A stretch of DNA of 64,000 nt from Octopus sinensis (lineage: Eukaryota). The stretch lies in the NCBI RefSeq assembly GCF_006345805.1, contig NC_043003.1:43462001-43526000 (forward strand). Reading direction: 5' to 3'. The position numbers and the translations under genes were made by a program. Shown here piece after piece: positions 27,701 through 39,700 of the stretch. The notes under the pieces were generated by a model. The model was not told the origin of the DNA. It made no database searches and saw only the letters and a program-made list of their open reading frames with translations. The stretch's first letter is position 1. Every line of letters begins with the position of its first letter.

Positions 27701-28112
27701 TATATTCTAGGTTTTAGGTTGCGTGTTTTGAAGTGATAAGCTATGAGTTGCAATTAATTTTGAACGAAATTGTAGCTCTTTGCTGGGACAGTTGCGAAAA
27801 TATCATAGTATTAGAGATAAATAATTGTTTAAAATATCGTTTGAAATTAAAAAAAAATACTTAATATATAAATAACGTAAGATGAGTTACTTAGATTATA
27901 GATCGAACAATTTTATTTTCTTAAATTGAATAGAACAACAAATTGCCATTAACAAATTATGTGACGCTGTCAACAACAAATAATAAATAATGTTATACAT
28001 AAAATATTAAAATTTCGCCGATATCCAAGAAACCTAGGCTATACCTCAAAACGATAACATCGGTATTCTGAAAAATAACGCTTTTACGGGAATAGTTTCA
28101 GAAGTGAAATCA

Positions 28113-28538
28113 TGGTGTAGCTGTGTGGTAAGAAGTTCGCTTCTCACCCACAAGATTCTGGGTTCCATTCCACTGTATGGCACCTTGAGCAAGTGTCTTC
28201 TACTATAGACTCGTACTGGCCAAATTCTCGTGCGCAGATTTGGTCGACGGAAACTGGAGGTCTGTCTTTATATATATATATATATATATATATTTAAAAA
28301 AAGGAGATGTCGAACACGAGTGGTGATATATAAAAAAGGAAATGAAGAAAATGCTGACAAATAAGTGAAGTAATTTAAGTAATTTAATTAGGTGAAAGTT
28401 CTTTTTACCGGTTGCGCATTTGTTATGCTTATCAAAATATTTTGATAAGCATAACAAATGCGCAACCGGTAAAAAGAACTTTCACCTAATTAAATTACTT
28501 AAATTACTTCAATTATTTGTCAGCATTTTCTTCATTTC

Positions 28539-28601
<63 letters not shown>

Positions 28602-28885
28602 ATGTGTGTGTGTGTGTGTGTGTGTATATGCGTGTGTGTGCGTGTGCGTGTGTCTGTGTGTGTGATTTTTCACTTTGCATTTATCTCCCATCACCATTTG
28701 GCGACCGCTCTTTATGTCATTATATCCTTGTAACTTAGCGGTTCGGCAAAAGAGGTTCATAAAATAAGTACAAATCTTAAAAGAAAAGGATTAAGTGCTG
28801 CGGTGGATTCATTCGACTAAAAGTTGTTCAACGCGGAGCCTCAGCATGACCGCAGTCTAATGAATGAGACAAGTAAAAGGTAAAA
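28113..28885 (+). mobile_element. tRNA-derived SINE, diverged, whose internal microsatellite hosts a palindrome
   Basis: Head GCTGTGTGGTAAGAAG...GGTTCCATTCCC...CACCTTGAGCAAGTGTCTTCTACTATAG; body GTAACTTAGCGGTTCGGCAAAAGAG...CAAGTAAAAG. Confidence 0.8.
28328..28548. repeat. Spacer-less palindrome with ~110-bp arms
   Basis: Centre ATCAAAAT|ATTTTGAT at 28438/28439. Arms complementary apart from about one substitution and a homopolymer length difference. Confidence 0.95.
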
Positions 28886-29572
28886 GTTATAATTCGCAGT
28901 AATTCTTGCTACTTTGAACAAAACGTATGATCAACTACTGTACCAATCTTATTCTATTTTGACTCATCTTTCGAAAAAAAATAACTGTAATTGTAGAAAA
29001 TACAGCAACAGTAAAAGTCTGTCAAATCATGATTTACTATCATTGTTTGTTATAAAATTTGATTCAGAATTGTAGAAGTAAAGTCATATTTTTTTATACT
29101 TTCAGAAGAAAACTAAATATTTGGTAAATGTGGTATCTGTAACAATATCAACCATTAAAACACAATACGGGTTAAATGTTTTTTTTTTGTTTGTTTTTCT
29201 TTTTTTACCAGAATATCTATTGATGTCCGACTGCCTGCAAGAAATTGTAACCTAACTTACAATGTATTATCTTGAAAAAGAAGAATAGGTTCGATAATGT
29301 TGTAGTAGATATACCATGCACCACCGAGGTAAGGAATACTTTTCATACTTATTTTCTTAAGGCAAGGAAGAATAAACAACAACAAAAAGAGAGCGACAAC
29401 TATCAAAAACCTTGTAATTGCGACTGCGTTAATTTTATGGAAATTTTGTAAAAGGGAACCTTTAAATGACATCCAGGAATTATGCAGTACGGAGGAAATA
29501 CAAGAGATATCATATATACAAGCATACACACCGACTTAAATGCATATATATATTGAGAGGTGAATGTGAGTA

Positions 29573-29604
<32 letters not shown>

Positions 29605-30580
29605 TGTGTGTATATGCGTGTGTGTGCGTGTGCGTGTGTCTGTGTGTGTGATTTTTCACTTTGCATTTATCTCCCATCACCATTTGGCGACCGCTCTTTA
29701 TGTCATTATATCCTTGTAACTTAGCGGTTCGGCAAAAGAGGTTCATAAAATAAGTACAAATCTTAAAAGAAAAGGATTAAGTGCTGCGGTGGATTCATTC
29801 GACTAAAAGTTGTTCAACGCGGAGCCTCAGCATGACCGCAGTCTAATGAATGAGACAAGTAAAAGGTAAAAGTTATAATTTCGCAGTAATTCTTGCTACT
29901 TTGAACAAAACGTATGATCAACTACTGTACCAATCTTATTCTATTTTGACTCATCTTTCGAAAAAAAATAACTGTAATTGTAGAAAATACAGCAACAGTA
30001 AAAGTCTGTCAAATCATGATTTACTATCATTGTTTGTTATAAAATTTGATTCAGAATTGTAGAAGTAAAGTCATATTTTTTTATACTTTCAGAAGAAAAC
30101 TAAATATTTGGTAAATGTGGTATCTGTAACAATATCAACCATTAAAACACAATACGGGTTAAATGTTTTTTTTTGTTTGTTTTTCTTTTTTACCAGAATA
30201 TCTATTGATGTCCGACTGCCTGCAAGAAATTGTAACCTAACTTACAATGTATTATCTTGAAAAAGAAGAATAGGTTCGATAATGTTGTAGTAGATATACC
30301 ATGCACCACCGAGGTAAGGAATACTTTTCATACTTATTTTCTTAAGGCAAGGAAGAATAAACAACAACAAAAAGAGAGCGACAACTATCAAAAACCTTGT
30401 AATTGCGACTGCGTTAATTTTATGGAAATTTTGTAAAAGGGAACCTTTAAATGACATCCAGGAATTATGCAGTACGGAGGAAATACAAGAGATATCATAT
30501 ATACAAGCATACACACCGACTTAAATGCATATATATATTGAGAGGTGAATGTGAGTATGTGTGTGTGTGTGTGTGTGTGT
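28580..30580. repeat. Tandem duplication, ~985-bp unit
   Basis: Identical ORFs 29257..29529 and 30242..30514 (offset 985). Junction in (TG)n. Confidence 0.95.
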
Positions 30581-30623
30581 GCATGCTTATATGTGTGTAT
30601 ATGTGTGTGCGGCAGTGTATATA

Positions 30624-31638
30624 TATTGGTTCGTCAGGTATTAAATTTGTAGTGAGGTATATGGTAAACTTTGACAGCTGTGAATATAAAATTTGTTTGT
30701 AAAATTTTGTTCTGATAACTTTCTTTTCTCACAAATGAGCAACGTGGTCGTCCAGAAACAAAGGTGAATAATGACGAACTGAAAGCCACCGTCAAGTCAC
30801 ACCCATCTCAATGTGCCCGTGAATTATCGTTGTTTGGTGTTAGAACTTAGTTCAAATCGGTAAAGTGAAAATGTTGGATAAGTGGGTTCTACATGAACTC
30901 AATGAAAATCAGAAACAGCAACGTTGGGAAGCCTGCATTATGTTACTTTCTCGCCACAAAAAGGAATAATTTTTTATTCGAAATGTAATGTGATGAGAAG
31001 CGTATCAAATACAATAACTGGAAGCTTACAACACAATGGTTGGGTAAACACGAGCTACCAAAACGCAGTCCAAAAAGTATTCATCAAAAGAAGCTGATGG
31101 GGTATGCTTTGTGGTTTGGTGCAGGTGTGATCAATTATGATTTCATTAAGCCCAGCTCATCAATCACGGCTGAAGTATACTGCTGCCAACTGGACCAAAT
31201 GATGCAGAAACTTACAAAACAAAAAGAAAGAAAGAAACAGCCTAGAATAGTCATAGATCCACTCCTATTTTATTGCAAGACAACGCCAGACCATACATCG
31301 CGAAATAACTTTGCGTAACTACAGGAGTTGGAGTTGAAAATTCTTCATCATCCATCATACTCACCTGATTGTTGGCCCCGCTGACTACCACTACTAGAAT
31401 TTGGATAACTTTTTGATAGGAAAAGAATTCCGACGATGCTGCAAAACAGGCCTTCCAATATTTTACTGACTCTAGATTGCCAGTCTTTTACAGTACCAGG
31501 ATGGACAAGCTATCGCTAAAATGACAAACGTGTATTGACAGTATGGGTGCATACCTTGATGAAAAAAACTATTCCTTGTATTTATAAAATATTAGCAATT
31601 TTTTCTTTTCTACATATATTCTACTTGACGTCCTAATA
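30624..31638 (+). mobile_element. Mariner transposon relic with internal deletion
   Basis: GRP...NDELKA, WVLHEL (WVPHEL), DEK, HQKKLM..W, LQDNARPH, HPSYSPD..PADY. TIR-like TATTGGTTCGTCAGG / CTTGACGTCCTAATA. Confidence 0.85.
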
Positions 31639-31647
31639 TGAACATAC

Positions 31648-31711
<64 letters not shown>

Positions 31712-31719
<8 letters not shown>

Positions 31720-33363
31720 TTAGATAAAACTTAGATATGTTTCGACCAGAGATTTGTCCAGGCCATGTCTAACTTTATAGCACCACCTGATAGGATTATT
31801 CGAATCCTGTTTAAGTCAAGTTTTGTTCAAGTAGTGAGTTCTTGTTGGGTGAGTTGTATCCAGTTTTGTTCAAGTAGTGAGTTCTTGTTGGGTGAGTTGT
31901 ATCCAATTATGGGTGGCTTATCTGGTATTCTTTGAAGGAATCTATCCTGACTCTGTTTAAAGTTGATGGGATCCTTTTCCTCTTTGATCTCCCTTGGGAC
32001 AATGTTAAATAGGGCAGGGCCTGTTGAGGAAAAGAAATTATGTTGCAGTGTACATGTATATTGTGATCTTGAATTTGGCAGGGGACGTATAGCCCGTGGT
32101 CCAAGTCTTGGATGAACCTTGAAGCTAATGTTTAGGTCGTTTGGGCAAAGTTGGCGGTATATTTTCCACATCGTACAAATGATGTACCGCTCACGGCGAC
32201 GCTGGAGGGAGTAAAGTTTCAAGGCTTTAAGGCGATCCCAATAATCGAGAGCAGCTATGCCTTCAATTTGTTTAGTAAGAGCCCTCTGGGGTGACTCAAT
32301 TCTGGAGATGTTTTGTCTTGTGTGAGAAGACCACAGTGGGCAGCAGTATTCAAGGTGTGGCCGTACAAAGGATGAAAAAAGTGGTATGATGACACCTTGT
32401 TCTCTGGACCGGAAAGTTCTTAAGATCCAGGAACTCATCCTACGAGCTATATCGACCTTCTTGTTGATGTGTGCACTCCAACTGAGATCGTCATCAACAA
32501 TTACACCCAGGTCTCTGATATTGTTAGAGGCTGTGAGCGGTTCCCCTGAAGGAAGAGAGTATGGTTGTTTTAGTGAGGAATTTCTTCCAAAATGCATCAG
32601 CTCAAAGTTTCCCTCATTCAGTTGCATTTTGTTTCTGTCTGCCCATTGACTCACAGCATATAGATCAGACTGGAGTTGAGTTCGGTCTGCTTCTTCATTG
32701 ACGATTTGCTGGAGCTTAGTGTCATCAGCGAATATTTTCACTTTGCAGTGATGTACGATACTGGAAAGGTCGTTTACGTAAATTATGAAGAGTAGCGGAC
32801 CCAAAACAGTTCCCTGGGGAACACTACTGGTGACTTTTGCTGGGTTTGAGTGGACTCCATCAACTACAACATGTTGTGTTCTATTCGCCAGGAAATACTG
32901 AATCCAGTGTAGAACTTTTCCACGGATTCCAACATTTGCCAATTTTGAGAGTAGGATGTTATGGTCTACCCTGTCGAACGCTTTACTGAAGTCAAGATAT
33001 ATGAGGTCAGAGTTCGAACCTGTTCCCAAGGCTTTGAGTACATCTTCAATGTGGTGTAAGAGCTGTGTTAGACAGTCCCTGCCACAGCGAAAGCCATGCT
33101 GATTTGAATTTAGGAGTTTGTGGGTCTCCAGGAAGTCAGCTATCCTTGATCTTAACACTCTTTCAAACACTTTAATGATGTGGGAGGTGAGTGAGATTGG
33201 GCGATAGTTGACTGCGAGGGATCTGTTTCCCTGTTTGAAAACCGGGATGACCGACTGGGAGAGAAACTGTTTCGGTATAAAACCTGCGTCTAACGAGTTT
33301 CTCCAGAGATTGGTCAGAGGGACTGCAAGTTGATATCTACATTCCTTCAGGAGACTAGCGGGA
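31712..33363 (-). mobile_element. 5'-truncated CR1-group LINE with uninterrupted RT ORF
   Basis: ORF 31827..33458 (real part starts at FPASLLKEC): NYRPISLTS, QHGFR, DFSKAFDRV, VPQGTVLGPLLF, FADDTK, RPHLEYC, SLQRRRER. (TATCTAAGTTT)2 tail; (TA)n on both sides. Confidence 0.9.
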
Positions 33364-34932
33364 AATATATATATATATATATATAAGCAAAAAGAATAAA
33401 CTAAATGCACGAACAATCGGAATAAATTCATAAACAGAGATGGTCCCCAAATCTTCATTAGTTATTGACCAAAGGAAATTGCGTTTGACCCTCTGGTCAA
33501 TAACTAATGAGAATTGGTGACTTTCCCTTTCTGTTTTCCGTTTGTTTGTTCATTTATTATGTTACTTAAGTTATTCATTAATGGAACGATCCGTACAGTT
33601 TTATTTACAAAAAATGTTTTTTTATATATTTGAACGAGGTTTATTCTTATCCCTCCTCCTCTTTTCTCTTTCTGTCTCTTCCTCTCTCTCATCTTCTCAC
33701 TCTTTATCATCTTCTCTCTCCTCTCTCTCTCTACCCTCTGTGTTCCTCTCTCAGCCCTCTACCATTTTTCTCCCACCTATCACTGACGTAGTCATCTATT
33801 TCTCTCTTGGACTTTCACCTTTGCTTTTCACACAGGCCGCTGAAGCAACTGGTTGTATTTTTTCTCTAATTTCCCATTTTTACCTGGCCCGCTGTTTCTT
33901 GTCCTCTTTTTAATCTTTTACCTCTTGGCGTTATCCGTACTTTCGACACGTGTCTGCCCCTAAGGTCGTCTTCTGTATATTTCTTTCGTCTTGTTTGTTT
34001 TTGTCTTTATTTCTCATCCGTCAACTAATTGTCTCGTCTTCAATCACATTCATTCATAGCCGTGTGTCCATTTTTGTATTGCATTTTAATTCATAACCTG
34101 TTTGTTCGTACACGTTCTGTTATGTTTGGTCCCACTTCCCGGTGACTTCGTGCTGCCGCCGCCGTAAGAAGGGAAACAATGTTATCGTAAGGCGCGAAAC
34201 AAAGGGAAATCAGTCACTGAAGGTCACCAAATACTCATCATTTATCCGCCAAATTGTCAAAAGCAATTTTACGCCTTCAAATATAATATCGTTCACTCTG
34301 TTGGCGTACAAAACAAGAATGAGCCGTGAAATGATGAGCCAATATACAAGGGAACAAACGTGAAAGAAAATGATATTATATAGAACTGGAGCCGTGTAAC
34401 AGGATGCCATTATGTATTAGACCACTGTATTAAAGAAGCTGATTCAAAACTACATCACGCAATTAAACAGAAACACGTTAAAACACGTACATTTATACCC
34501 GTTTCAATGCACGTTGATAAGCAAGGCAGTGCACATGCCATTCTAAGTCGGCACCCTCAAAGATACATAACGTACAAAAAAGAAATTCTTGGGATTATTA
34601 AAATTTTAATAAACATTAAGTGTGCTGGCGGGTATACCAGTAAATATCAATTTAAGTATGTGTGTAATATCGACACGAAATTAATTAATCTTTCTTTTAT
34701 TTGTTTCAGTCAATACATTGAGTCTATGCCGTCCTCTGCAGACATGAATATATGTACATATGTAAAAGTATGTGTGTGTGTGTGAATGTACATACAGAAA
34801 TACATGCACGCACACACACATCTGCACATACTCACTGATACGCAAAATAAATATCAATTGCTAAGGTTATCTCTAAAGCGTTTAATATAGTTTGTAGTAT
34901 TTTGGGGCTGTCTAACGAAATGTAAGTCATTA

Positions 34933-35001
<69 letters not shown>

Positions 35002-35118
35002 TATATATATACATTAAAAAATATACATACATATATATATATATATATACATAATATATATATATATTATATATATATGTTTATATACAAAATATATACA
35101 TGAGTAAATATATATATA

Positions 35119-35427
35119 TCACCGTCATCACAGTGACCGACCAGGCTATCAGATGGTGTTACACATCACTGGTCACAATGAGCTTCGCATTGCTTTAGCC
35201 TTCAAATAACGCCACCCCGCTGGCTAAGCGAGCAGGCCAACAGAAGAAAGAGTGAGAGAAAGCTATGGCGAAAGATTACTGCAGGGATCTCCACAACTCC
35301 CTGGTGGAGCCTCGTTGAGCTTTAGGTGTTTTCGCTCAATTAAACAGTCACAACGTCCGGGTGGGAATCGAAACAGTGATGCTACAACCGCGAGTCCGCT
35401 GCCCTAAACACTGGGCCATTGCGCCTC

Positions 35428-35430
<3 letters not shown>
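35119..35430 (-). mobile_element. tRNA(Arg)-like SINE (octopus OR type)
   Basis: Minus strand GGAGGCGCAATGGCCCAGTG.TTAGGGCAGCGGACTCGCGG...GTTTCGATTCCC (A box, TCG anticodon-like, B box); 3' end CTGATAGCCTGGTCGGTCAC. Confidence 0.8.
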
Positions 35431-35497
<67 letters not shown>

Positions 35498-36312
35498 GCA
35501 GCAATTTTATTGTGTTTGGGCAGAGACATTCTCTTTTAATGCCTTATTATATTTAATACACTCACATATGTATATACGTATATGAGCGCGTGCGTATGTA
35601 TTATGTACATGTGTGCATGTGTATGCATTTTTATGTATTCTGCAAATACATGTGTCGGTCTTCGTGTGTTTACGTGTGGACCTCTTTCACAGAGGTTCAC
35701 ACTGTTTCACAGAAGTCGACCTCGGTTTCACACTGAGTTTCAAAATGTGGAAATGGGAAGTTGTGACTTATGTCGCAGTTGTCCTGCTTCTGACATGCGT
35801 TGGAAACTTGAACGATTTTTATAGGAAGTGCATGGCTCAAATTACTACGTTTTGAATAGGATTTGATTCGTAGAGGATACTCACACGTTTGATGTTAGAA
35901 ATATATTTTGGGTACCAGCCATGTCCATGTGTTTGTATCAAGTATATATTTATATACAAACAGGAACACTGCAAAACAAAATATGAGTATAAGTACATTT
36001 GTTTTGATATTTAACAGGACATCACCAGCGAGTGAAAAATAAGGAAGCACACAGAACTAAATACCGGGCAAAAATACCACAGGAAATCGATATCCTACTC
36101 AGTTGTTGGCTGTTTCGAGCTCGACAAGTAGGTAAGAGCAGTGTCAAGAAAATTTTAAAACATGAAATTTATGGAAAGTTAAGGTTTCGACGAAGACAGA
36201 CATTAAAGGCCGTTTGGCCAAGACGAATTGTAATAGGTAACGCGTGGGAGAAATTTTGAAAGGATATAGAATAAATAGAATTTAGAAGAGAAAAAAATTG
36301 GAGAGGCGAGAG

Positions 36313-36365
<53 letters not shown>

Positions 36366-36369
36366 ATAT

Positions 36370-36411
<42 letters not shown>

Positions 36412-37154
36412 TGGAATAACATTTCTGTAATTATATTGAAAGAGACTCTGAGGCTTTCTACTTCGCCAGGTTTCCGAATTTGTTAAAATAACCAGAATAA
36501 TATATTTTTCACATACATTTGCGAATGGTGTGAAATCAGGCAGATCGTCATGTTAGTAGTGCTTGAAGATGAACGTTGTTGTTTGTTTGAAGTCTAAGCG
36601 GCGAGTAATGTTGCAATATCCGCGCGTTTCACTGCTGGGGAGCGAAGTTACATATATAAACTCAGAGACAGACACGTACGTTAACGCACACGTGAAGCTT
36701 ATCTCTGTTTCTGTGTTCGTCTGTCTCTCTATTTAGATATGTTTGTGTATATCGGTCATCAAAAAACATGTATGTATACTTACAGACATATATACCATCA
36801 CGCACATACGTGTCAGTCATCGGCCTAACGTAGGTAACGAACGTGCAAACACACGTGGAAGCACACGCATATTGAAAATGTGACATAATCGTCATTGTGG
36901 TGAAATTATAAAATTCCGATAGGTGACTAAAAGTGAAATGATAATGTCCAATTTTTTTCTAACGCAAATATGTGAATGAAAATATAGTATAGTTGGTAGG
37001 CAAAAGCTTACTAAATCGTTTGATAAACCTTACGTGAAAATCGGCAACCAGGGTTTTGAAATGCATAAGGAATACACACACACACACACAAACTGTCTTT
37101 TGTAGTTGTACACACACACACACACATACACACACACATACATACATATATATA

Positions 37155-37196
<42 letters not shown>

Positions 37197-37609
37197 ATAC
37201 ATTATTGAATAAAGAAGTAGACCTGGCTATATGTGTTTGCACGACATTCACATGCACAGGCATTCGTATGTAATCACATGTGTGCTATGCAGGGAATTAT
37301 ATGTTGTGAAAACGAATTAGGTTATTCGGGATCAAAGCATTAACTTGTAAATTGACAAACGTAGTAGTTCATTTTTTTTTCAAAGTAGCATTTTATGAGG
37401 TGTGATTAGGACTCGCGTGATTAATTAACCTGATCTTTCCACCGATAATCGCCATATATTATAGTGATCTTATCAATTATACACTGATATAAACTCCATC
37501 ATACGCATACATAACCCCACATACATGCCAACTGACACAATGAACCGACAATACATATAGATACATATAGGCAAGACTCAACGATGTTACTGAGTGAACT
37601 GCATTACGT

Positions 37610-37794
37610 ATATATACACATATATGTATATATATATGTCATAAAATACATGTGTATATATATATATATATATGGATGTATGTATGTATGTATATGTATA
37701 TATATATATATATATAAATATATACATAGTTATATACATATATACATATATACATATATATAAATATGCATATATATTTAGGTGTGTATATATG

Positions 37795-37858
<64 letters not shown>

Positions 37859-37932
37859 TATACATAGATATATACATATATACATATATACATATATATA
37901 AATATGCATATATATTTAGGTGTGTATATATG

Positions 37933-38003
<71 letters not shown>

Positions 38004-38010
38004 ACATATG
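37610..38010. repeat. TA-rich region containing a ~140-bp imperfect tandem duplication
   Basis: AAATATATACATAG.TATATACATAT...AAATATGCATATATATTTAGGTGTGT occurs twice (TTTAGGTGTG at ~37777 and ~37915). Confidence 0.8.
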
Positions 38011-38381
38011 AATACACATATGAATACATATATGTATACACATAGGTATGTCTGCGTGTATGTACGTGCAATGTACATGAAGCTATGTACATTTATATGA
38101 ACACAGGTATATATATGCACATATAAATGCAGATCTGAATGTGTGTGTTATCCTTCGTGTGTGTCTGTATGCACATGCACGTGCATACGTGTATACGTGT
38201 GTGTGAATGTGATAGTGCGAGAAATGCGAGAGGAAGGAAAATTATATATGTAAATAAAATTGGAATAGGGAGATATTTTAGATGTGGATAGAGCTCCGTA
38301 CTGAATATGGAGGAATTTAGAATAATTAACCACTTTCATTACTCGCGTTTCCCTAAGTGTCGGAAAAGTTGTTACTGATAC

Positions 38382-38597
38382 AAAGATCAACCTACAAAAT
38401 TATATAATATAAAAGCGTAAATTATGTAGTATTTTATGTAATGTAATATGTTTTATATAGCGTTTGATTCAAACACTATGTAGATATGTATGACTTTATT
38501 CAACATATTCCCCTCCCAGATTCACATACTTAATGCAGCAGTCCAGTTCTTTTTCTAAGCCCTTGCAACAAACTCGGAAGTTTGGGTCCCCGAAAAC

Positions 38598-38636
<39 letters not shown>

Positions 38637-38922
38637 GGATATATACATGAGTTAATATATATATGATGCTGAAAAGTTCCTTGATAAAGGGTGTTGCGAA
38701 ATACCTGTTTTCAGGGACCCAAACTTCCGAGTTCGTTGCAGGGGCTTAGAAAAAGAACTTGACTGCTGTAATAAGTATGTGAATCTGGGAGGGGAATATG
38801 TTGAATAAAATCATACATATCTACATAGTGTTTGAATCAAACGCTATATAAAACTTATTACATTACATAAAATATTACATAATTTACGCTTTTATATTAT
38901 ATAATTTTTTAGGTTGATCTTT
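38382..38922. repeat. Fold-back inverted repeat (~218-bp arms, ~105-bp spacer) including mariner-derived sequence
   Basis: 38382-38599 is the reverse complement of 38705-38922 with scattered mismatches. The arm encodes NKYVNLGGEYVE*, like a mariner C-terminus; the spacer has TGCTGAAAAGTTCC. Confidence 0.9.
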
Positions 38923-38940
38923 ATATATATATATATATAA

Positions 38941-39135
38941 AGTTAATCCAAACAAGAAAGCACAAAAAAACACAAGAGGACGTGGAACAAATATTATTGG
39001 ACGCTCAGGAAAGAAGGAAAGCAGGAGAGATTAACGTTTCGAGCGGAGCTCTTCGTCGGAAACATAGGAGAAGGAAAGATCCAGAGAAGGGAAGACAGGA
39101 AAAAAATCGCCAACGGTACACACGCGGTCACATTT
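38941..39135 (-). mobile_element. Short Penelope-pLTR-like element in (TA)n with hammerhead-like motif
   Basis: Minus strand TGTTT-CCGACGAA-GAGC-TCC-GCTC-GAAAC-GTTA at 39032-39064. (TA)n on both sides. Confidence 0.65.
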
Positions 39136-39139
39136 ATAT

Positions 39140-39177
<38 letters not shown>

Positions 39178-39340
39178 GTTGAAATTTACTGAAAAAAACA
39201 AAAGACGAAAAGAGCTGTATAAACAACAGGCTGATGTAAGAGTTTCCTGCTGGTAATATGAGAAAGTATTTTATGTTTCGAGCATACACTCTTCAACAGA
39301 AAGGAACACGCAGAAATAAACAAAGAGAATAAATCATGGC

Positions 39341-39343
<3 letters not shown>
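39178..39343 (-). mobile_element. Second short pLTR-like element in (TA)n with degenerate hammerhead-like motif
   Basis: Minus strand CTGTTGAA-GAGT-GTAT-GCTC-GAAAC at ~39275-39299. (TA)n on both sides. Confidence 0.5.
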
Positions 39344-39388
<45 letters not shown>

Positions 39389-39487
39389 TTATATATTTCG
39401 CTTGAGCGCATCGCGACCACTAATGTGTATAGAACCGTACTTACTCTATGCATAAGGACAGAAATTTTATGGGAGGGGGAATACCTA

Positions 39488-39700
39488 TTTCTTTACTACC
39501 CACAAGGGGCTAAACACAGAGAGCACAAATAAGGACAGACAAACAGATTAAGTCGATTACATCGACTCCAGACCGTAACTGGCACTTAATTTATCGACCC
39601 CGAAAGTCAACCTCGGCGGAATTTGAACTCAGAACGTAACGGCAGACGAAATACGGCTGCGCATTTCGCCCAGCGTACTAACGATTCTGCCAGCTCGCCG
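39488..39700 (-). mobile_element. tRNA-derived SINE with Nin/Deu-type domain
   Basis: Homologous to 13667-13888. Confidence 0.82.

Larger units (their letters stand above)
25000..29480 (-). pseudogene. Decayed LRR-containing GPCR (GRL101/LGR-like), copy 2, interrupted by a SINE and a palindrome
   Basis: Hydrophobic RFLIVVALFLLLFILPC (~29400, signal-peptide-like); LRR-like SNFITN (~29060) and MSQN.KIGTVVDHTF (~28965); CYDLIRS...FRFLY (hinge/TM1), VWRH and FSATEI (ORF 25600..25866); VVADFV(C)W.IP (TM6, ~25245-25215). Confidence 0.55.

Noticed and set aside
33364-33458. First ~32 aa of the 543-aa RT ORF
   Set aside because: Flanking DNA and (TA)n upstream of the truncation point; the endonuclease domain is absent.
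35355-35430. tRNA gene calls for SINE heads (also 13810-13888, 39620-39700, 58658-58730)
   Set aside because: They are followed by SINE bodies and lack a convincing cloverleaf.
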